Of a stretch of 64,000 nt of DNA, positions 60,012 to 64,000 are shown one piece after another. The translations under genes were made by a program, and so were the position numbers. Within the stretch, counting starts at the first letter, position 1, and every line of letters begins with the position of its first letter. Under the pieces are notes generated by a model. It had not been told where the DNA came from. It saw only the letters and a program-made list of their open reading frames with translations, and ran no database searches. Location of the stretch: assembly GCA_963664195.1 (NCBI GenBank), contig OY760907.1, forward strand, positions 1,056,001-1,120,000, read 5' to 3'. This DNA comes from an uncultured candidate division Zixibacteria bacterium. Its GTDB lineage: Bacteria > Zixibacteria > MSB-5A5 > GN15 > FEB-12.

Positions 60012-60581
60012 TTACCGAAGGCCAGTCTGGTCAGCCGGTGTATCGCCCGGCAACGGCATAAGCCTGCCTTCATCGCGAATCAGCTCAGCCAGCTCTTCGG
60101 TCGACTGACCTGCTTTCAAAAGCCGCGCGGCCAGCTTCTTGCTGTAGATACCAAACAACGGCTGCACAGTGTCGGGACCTTTCTGATGATCGTTGTAACC
60201 GAGAAACATCTCGCCGTCGTACCGCCTCACCAGATCGACCGCCAGTTCCAGCGGAAACTCGGTGATGTCGGTCGAGCCGATAAACACGGCCTCTGAGTCC
60301 GACTTGGAGAGAGCCGCCCTGATGCCTGCCACGGCTCCATGGGTCGGTTCGTCGTCACAAATGTGCGGGTAATTCAAGTATCGTTCGGTGGCCTGCTCCT
60401 CTTTGAGGACCAGCGTCACCTTCTCGAAAACGGCGGCGTAGCGACGATACCCCTTTTCGATACGAGTGTAATCTCCCTCTCTCTGGAAATCCTCGGCAGC
60501 GTTGCTTTTTCCCCCGGCCAGAACAAAACAATCCATCTGGGTAAATCTGTTTTCCACGCGCTTCCTTTCACCTGAAGTCAT
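60012..60581 (-). CDS. MobA-like NTP transferase (molybdenum cofactor guanylyltransferase-like, divergent)
   Basis: FVLAGGKS, GAVAGIRAAL, QPLFGIYS. Confidence 0.75.
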   Translation of the reverse strand: MTSGERKRVENRFTQMDCFVLAGGKSNAAEDFQREGDYTRIEKGYRRYAAVFEKVTLVLKEEQATERYLNYPHICDDEPTHGAVAGIRAALSKSDSEAVFIGSTDITEFPLELAVDLVRRYDGEMFLGYNDHQKGPDTVQPLFGIYSKKLAARLLKAGQSTEELAELIRDEGRLMPLPGDTPADQTGLR

Positions 60582-60801
60582 AGGATTCCGTCCTTACGTG
60601 GTGGCCGAAAAACATCGGATGTTATACGGGAGGGCTTTCCGGATACCGGAGATAAAATAAACGACCAAAGTTGTTACAAATCAACCAGAAATATCGTTAC
60701 GATATTAGAAAAATCGTAATAGGATGTGATACAGGGGGTTGCAGAGTATGGCCGCCGCCGTGCGTTTTCGTTCGGTCCAACTCCGAATATCGGCTTATCA
60801 C

Positions 60802-60828
60802 CGGGCACACTGTCGTGTGCCGCGCACG
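60802..60828. repeat. REP-like palindrome, family A
   Basis: CGGGCACACTGTCGTGTGCCGCGCACG; copies at 23547, 33342 and 62126. Confidence 0.75.
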
Positions 60829-60852
60829 GACACTATTAGTAGAAAGTAACTC

Positions 60853-61221
60853 TTATCTGTACGTCGAGCGCTTGTTCAACTCGGACTGCACGATCAGCCA
60901 CACGGCCGGCGAGAAGAAAATCCACAGCAGCCAGAGAATCCAGCGATTGAAACGATCCGGGCTGATCTGCTCATACATCTCGCCGTGCCGGTACATAGAG
61001 TACAAGCCGGCGAAAGGAATGAACAAAAGAATAGTCAGAATAGCAGGGTCCACGCGGTAATCACCTGACAACTGCTCCATTTCCACGCAGGTCTGATAAA
61101 ACCAGTATATGGAATAGAAACCGAAAGTGACGATCATCAAGATGATCTGCAGGATCATATCGCGATATTTCACTTGTGGTTGAGGCTGTTGCATAGTCGA
61201 CCTTTCTTCAGTCCAGGACAT
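60853..61221 (-). CDS. DUF4234-like small membrane protein
   Basis: IVTFGFYSIYWFY..Q.ELN motif; three TMs. Confidence 0.75.
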   Translation of the reverse strand: MSWTEERSTMQQPQPQVKYRDMILQIILMIVTFGFYSIYWFYQTCVEMEQLSGDYRVDPAILTILLFIPFAGLYSMYRHGEMYEQISPDRFNRWILWLLWIFFSPAVWLIVQSELNKRSTYR

Positions 61222-61297
61222 ACCGTTGGCATTCTGTCATTATACCCGTTGATTGGGGTACTTATTCGACCGGTCATCGAACAAGAAAGTTGCGATG

Positions 61298-61855
61298 CTA
61301 CTCCGGGACAACTTCCGGATCAGCAATATCTCCGGATATTTGACTAAGAATACGGAAGCGGGACAGGTCGCGGGGAGCCAGCAGCCCCCATCCGGAGACG
61401 GTACGCCCGGGCATGGTGATCGTGACAAAAGCGTCGGTATGAATCTTGTCGATCTTAGGATCCCAAATCAGATAATCGGTATCGAGGCGTATGCTGTCTC
61501 GTGTATCAACCACCACGTGGCCATAGACTTCCATGTACTCGCTGCCCTCACGAATGATCCCGGAATCGCCCACCAGCGTGGAGGTTATCTCGCCAAGGCT
61601 GTCCAGAAAGTCCACGTCGAGGACGTAACCCATGGTCGAATCGATCTCCACAAACCGTACGATTCGATCGGCACGAATTTCTGTGGTCTTCTCGCCGCGC
61701 GTGTACAGATACATGGTGGCACCGCTGATCTCCGAGTCCGGCCTGCCCAGACTATCGACTGCACCCGCCCGTCCGTTGTCGGAGACGGTTCTGTCGCTGC
61801 ACCCGACAAGGGCGAGCATCAGTAGCATCAGGGCTGTCAATATCTTTGTGGCCAT
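61298..61855 (-). CDS. lptC: LPS export periplasmic protein LptC
   Basis: Lipobox LVGC; YGHVVV..LDTDYLIWD..IHTDAFVTI..SG.GL jellyroll motifs; downstream of kdsD/lpxL. Confidence 0.8.
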   Translation of the reverse strand: MATKILTALMLLMLALVGCSDRTVSDNGRAGAVDSLGRPDSEISGATMYLYTRGEKTTEIRADRIVRFVEIDSTMGYVLDVDFLDSLGEITSTLVGDSGIIREGSEYMEVYGHVVVDTRDSIRLDTDYLIWDPKIDKIHTDAFVTITMPGRTVSGWGLLAPRDLSRFRILSQISGDIADPEVVPE

Positions 61856-61965
61856 AGCTCCTCGTTGCGTATCCTTATACTGTATATCGGCGAGACAAGA
61901 TGGCACAATATATCGATTTGTCAAGGCCTATACGTCGTTCCCAAGGGTCCACGAGGACCTGTTAT

Positions 61966-62159
61966 TGTGGGCGGCAGACGCCCTCGTCTGCCCCAGCCTA
62001 TCCTCCCACAAAGTTGTTTCGGTGTTTCGTTGAGGCGAAGAGAAGGTCCTGGTCTGCAATAATCCTCGCAGGTCTGAAGACAGACCTGCGCTACGAATCC
62101 TGACCCCATCCACGAAATCACCAGTGTTTCAACGGGCACACTATCGTGTGCCACGCACG
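61966..62159. repeat. Mosaic array of REP-like palindromes (families B, E, A)
   Basis: B 61966-61995, E inverted 62063-62096, A 62126-62159. Confidence 0.8.
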
Positions 62160-62171
62160 AGAGTACTCCGT

Positions 62172-63083
62172 TCAATCGAGAGGATTCTGCCTCCGCGTGC
62201 GCCAGCGATTGTGCAGCCAGATCCACTGGTCACGGTGCTCGTCGATGATCTTCTCAAGTTCACGCGTGCAGGCCAACGTGACGTTGTAGACGTCGGTATC
62301 GAAATCACCGCTCGATTCAATCTCGATCGGCGGCTTAACGATGATCCGGTACTGATGGTCCTCAGTCCGCAGGCAAGCCACCGGAAGGAAATGAGCGCCG
62401 GTCTTCAGACCAAGAATCGTCTGCCCGATGGGGGTATTGGACCAGCGTCCAAAGGCCGGGATGAACGTACCGCGCACGCGATGGGAGTCGGTGTCGATCA
62501 AAACGCCCAGCCCTTTGCCCTGTTTCAGCCAGCTCAGGATCTTCTTGGGCGAGTCCGTGGTCGAGATATTCTTCAACCCGACCGCCTCGCGATTCTCCAC
62601 TAGAATCTTGTCGAGTCGTTTGTCGTAGATTTCACGCCCCACCACCGCTGTCTCATACCCTTCGCTGTTCATATACGCAGCCAGCAGTTCGAAATTCCCT
62701 ATATGCCCTGTTATGCCGATGACGCCTTTGCCACTGCCGAACGCGGCCTTCAAGTGCTCCACCCCGTCGACTGTCACCAGCGGCTTGATCTCATTGAAAA
62801 AGTGTTTTTTGAACCGGAAGACATCGGCGAGATTTCCGCCCATATTAATGAAGAAACTTCGCCCGATTGATTCCCTCTCACGCATCGTTAGGCGATCACC
62901 ATAAGCGAGCGACAGGTGCCGGATGGTCTTGTATTGATCTTTGCCGGAGAGTTTCCAGACGGCAAGACCGACCCATTCTCCGATATAAATGGCAAGTCTG
63001 CGCGGGACGGCGTTGAACAGCCGGATCACCGTCCGGGTCAGCGCCACCACGAGCGTCCTCTTGATTCGCTTGCGAAGTTTCAT
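62172..63083 (-). CDS. Lipid A biosynthesis acyltransferase (LpxL/HtrB family)
   Basis: GHIGNFELLA, LID, FG, QWIWLHNRWRT. Confidence 0.9.
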   Translation of the reverse strand: MKLRKRIKRTLVVALTRTVIRLFNAVPRRLAIYIGEWVGLAVWKLSGKDQYKTIRHLSLAYGDRLTMRERESIGRSFFINMGGNLADVFRFKKHFFNEIKPLVTVDGVEHLKAAFGSGKGVIGITGHIGNFELLAAYMNSEGYETAVVGREIYDKRLDKILVENREAVGLKNISTTDSPKKILSWLKQGKGLGVLIDTDSHRVRGTFIPAFGRWSNTPIGQTILGLKTGAHFLPVACLRTEDHQYRIIVKPPIEIESSGDFDTDVYNVTLACTRELEKIIDEHRDQWIWLHNRWRTRRQNPLD

Positions 63084-63089
63084 CGTCTA

Positions 63090-63719
63090 TCAGTTCCGAT
63101 CGGGAAGGGCCAGCGACGCTCCCAGTGCCACGAACACCGACCCGGTGACCCAGCGCTGGAATTTCCAGAATGTCGGTCGCCGATCCAGCCATCCGCCTAT
63201 CTGCCCGAAAAGCAGGCCGACTGAGACGTTGACAGTCGTGCCGGTGCAGGTGATGATGACGCCGAGTATCAAGACCTGCAGGGCGACTGATCCTCGCGAC
63301 GGGTCAACAAACTGCGGCAGAAACGACAGGAAGAACAAAGCTACTTTCGGATTAAGAATACTCGTAACGACACCCTGAAAGAAGATTCTCGAAAGCGATG
63401 CGTGGGCAAGCCGCTTCGGAGAGGAAGCTCCGCCTCGGGACATAACAGTCCGGACGCCCAGATAGACCAGGTAAGCAGCGCCTGCGTATTTGACTATCGT
63501 GAACGCTGTCGCCGAGAACATCAGCAGCGCCGACAGGCCCATCGCCGCAAAAACCGTGTGCAGCAGTCCGCCAGTCCCTATCGCCAGCCCCGAGATGATT
63601 CCCGCTGCACGTCCCTGGCCGACCGCGCGAGTGGCACAGTACAGCATATCGGGACCGGGCGTCAGGTTAAGCGCCACAGCGGCACCGATGAAAAGCATCA
63701 GGTTGGAGAATTCAAACAT
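63090..63719 (-). CDS. LysE/RhtB family translocator
   Basis: TPGPD, KYAGAAYLVYLG, LNPKVALFF..LPQF. Confidence 0.93.
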   Translation of the reverse strand: MFEFSNLMLFIGAAVALNLTPGPDMLYCATRAVGQGRAAGIISGLAIGTGGLLHTVFAAMGLSALLMFSATAFTIVKYAGAAYLVYLGVRTVMSRGGASSPKRLAHASLSRIFFQGVVTSILNPKVALFFLSFLPQFVDPSRGSVALQVLILGVIITCTGTTVNVSVGLLFGQIGGWLDRRPTFWKFQRWVTGSVFVALGASLALPDRN

Positions 63720-63775
63720 GTCAGCCGACTCCTAATCCGGGGAACGCGCGCATTACTTCACGCTCTTCTACACCG

Positions 63776-64000
63776 TCAGACGAGTTTGGATTTGAGAATG
63801 TCATGCAAATGGATAACACCAACCAGCTTGTTCTCATCATCGACGGTCGGAAGCTGCGTGATGGCGTGCTTCTCCATCAGTGCCAGAGCGGCATCCAGGA
63901 TTTCGTCCTGACTGATGGCTTTTGATCCGCGAATCATGACATCGTTGGCAGTCATCTTGATCAAATCCCTGTCGAGGACTTTCTCCCAGAGTCTGCGAAG
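63776..64000 (-). CDS. kdsD: KpsF/GutQ sugar-phosphate isomerase (KdsD), C-terminal CBS domains, truncated by window edge
   Basis: LRR..DVM..P/SK, ALALMEKHAITQL..GVIHLHDIL; upstream of lipid A/lptC genes. Confidence 0.8.
   Translation of the reverse strand, partial: LRRLWEKVLDRDLIKMTANDVMIRGSKAISQDEILDAALALMEKHAITQLPTVDDENKLVGVIHLHDILKSKLV

Overview
64 kb of chromosome from a diderm bacterium with moderately high GC. Gene content (lipid A/Lpt/Lol genes, class-II glyQS, mcsA-mcsB-clpC, decaheme cytochrome) suggests an FCB-related lineage such as Zixibacteria; this is inference only. Most of the window is housekeeping: an HlyD/ABC-2 exporter operon, bcp, ftsB-like, recO, glyQS, rsmB, ispG, rqcH, rnhB-yraN, ffh-rpsP-khpA-rimM-trmD-rplS, rpmA, clpC-mcsB-mcsA, lolC/D, lysS, coaD, lptC, lpxL and kdsD. 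The main finding is two genes that the ORF track breaks at in-frame UGA codons, each followed by a bacterial SECIS-type hairpin. (1) selD is itself a selenoprotein (C-A-G-U-A-S-K, UGA at 10522-10524). (2) The outer-membrane beta-barrel of a TetR / decaheme cytochrome / porin operon (23883-27670) reads as one 729-aa protein with its own CxxCH heme motif and a probable Sec at residue 577 (UGA at 24342-24344). Its C-terminal beta-signal is made only if the UGA is read through, so this looks like a selenium-dependent, heme-bearing porin-cytochrome conduit. Other points of interest: an MshEN / pseudo-receiver / degenerate HD-GYP / DUF4388 protein, an OprC-type TonB receptor downstream of an ECF sigma/zinc anti-sigma pair, a possible 6S-like RNA, and at least nine families of short palindromic REP-like repeats in mosaic intergenic arrays, one of which forms the C-terminus of a GIY-YIG nuclease. 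I saw no tRNA, rRNA, CRISPR array or intact transposase. All family calls come from motif recognition, not database searches.
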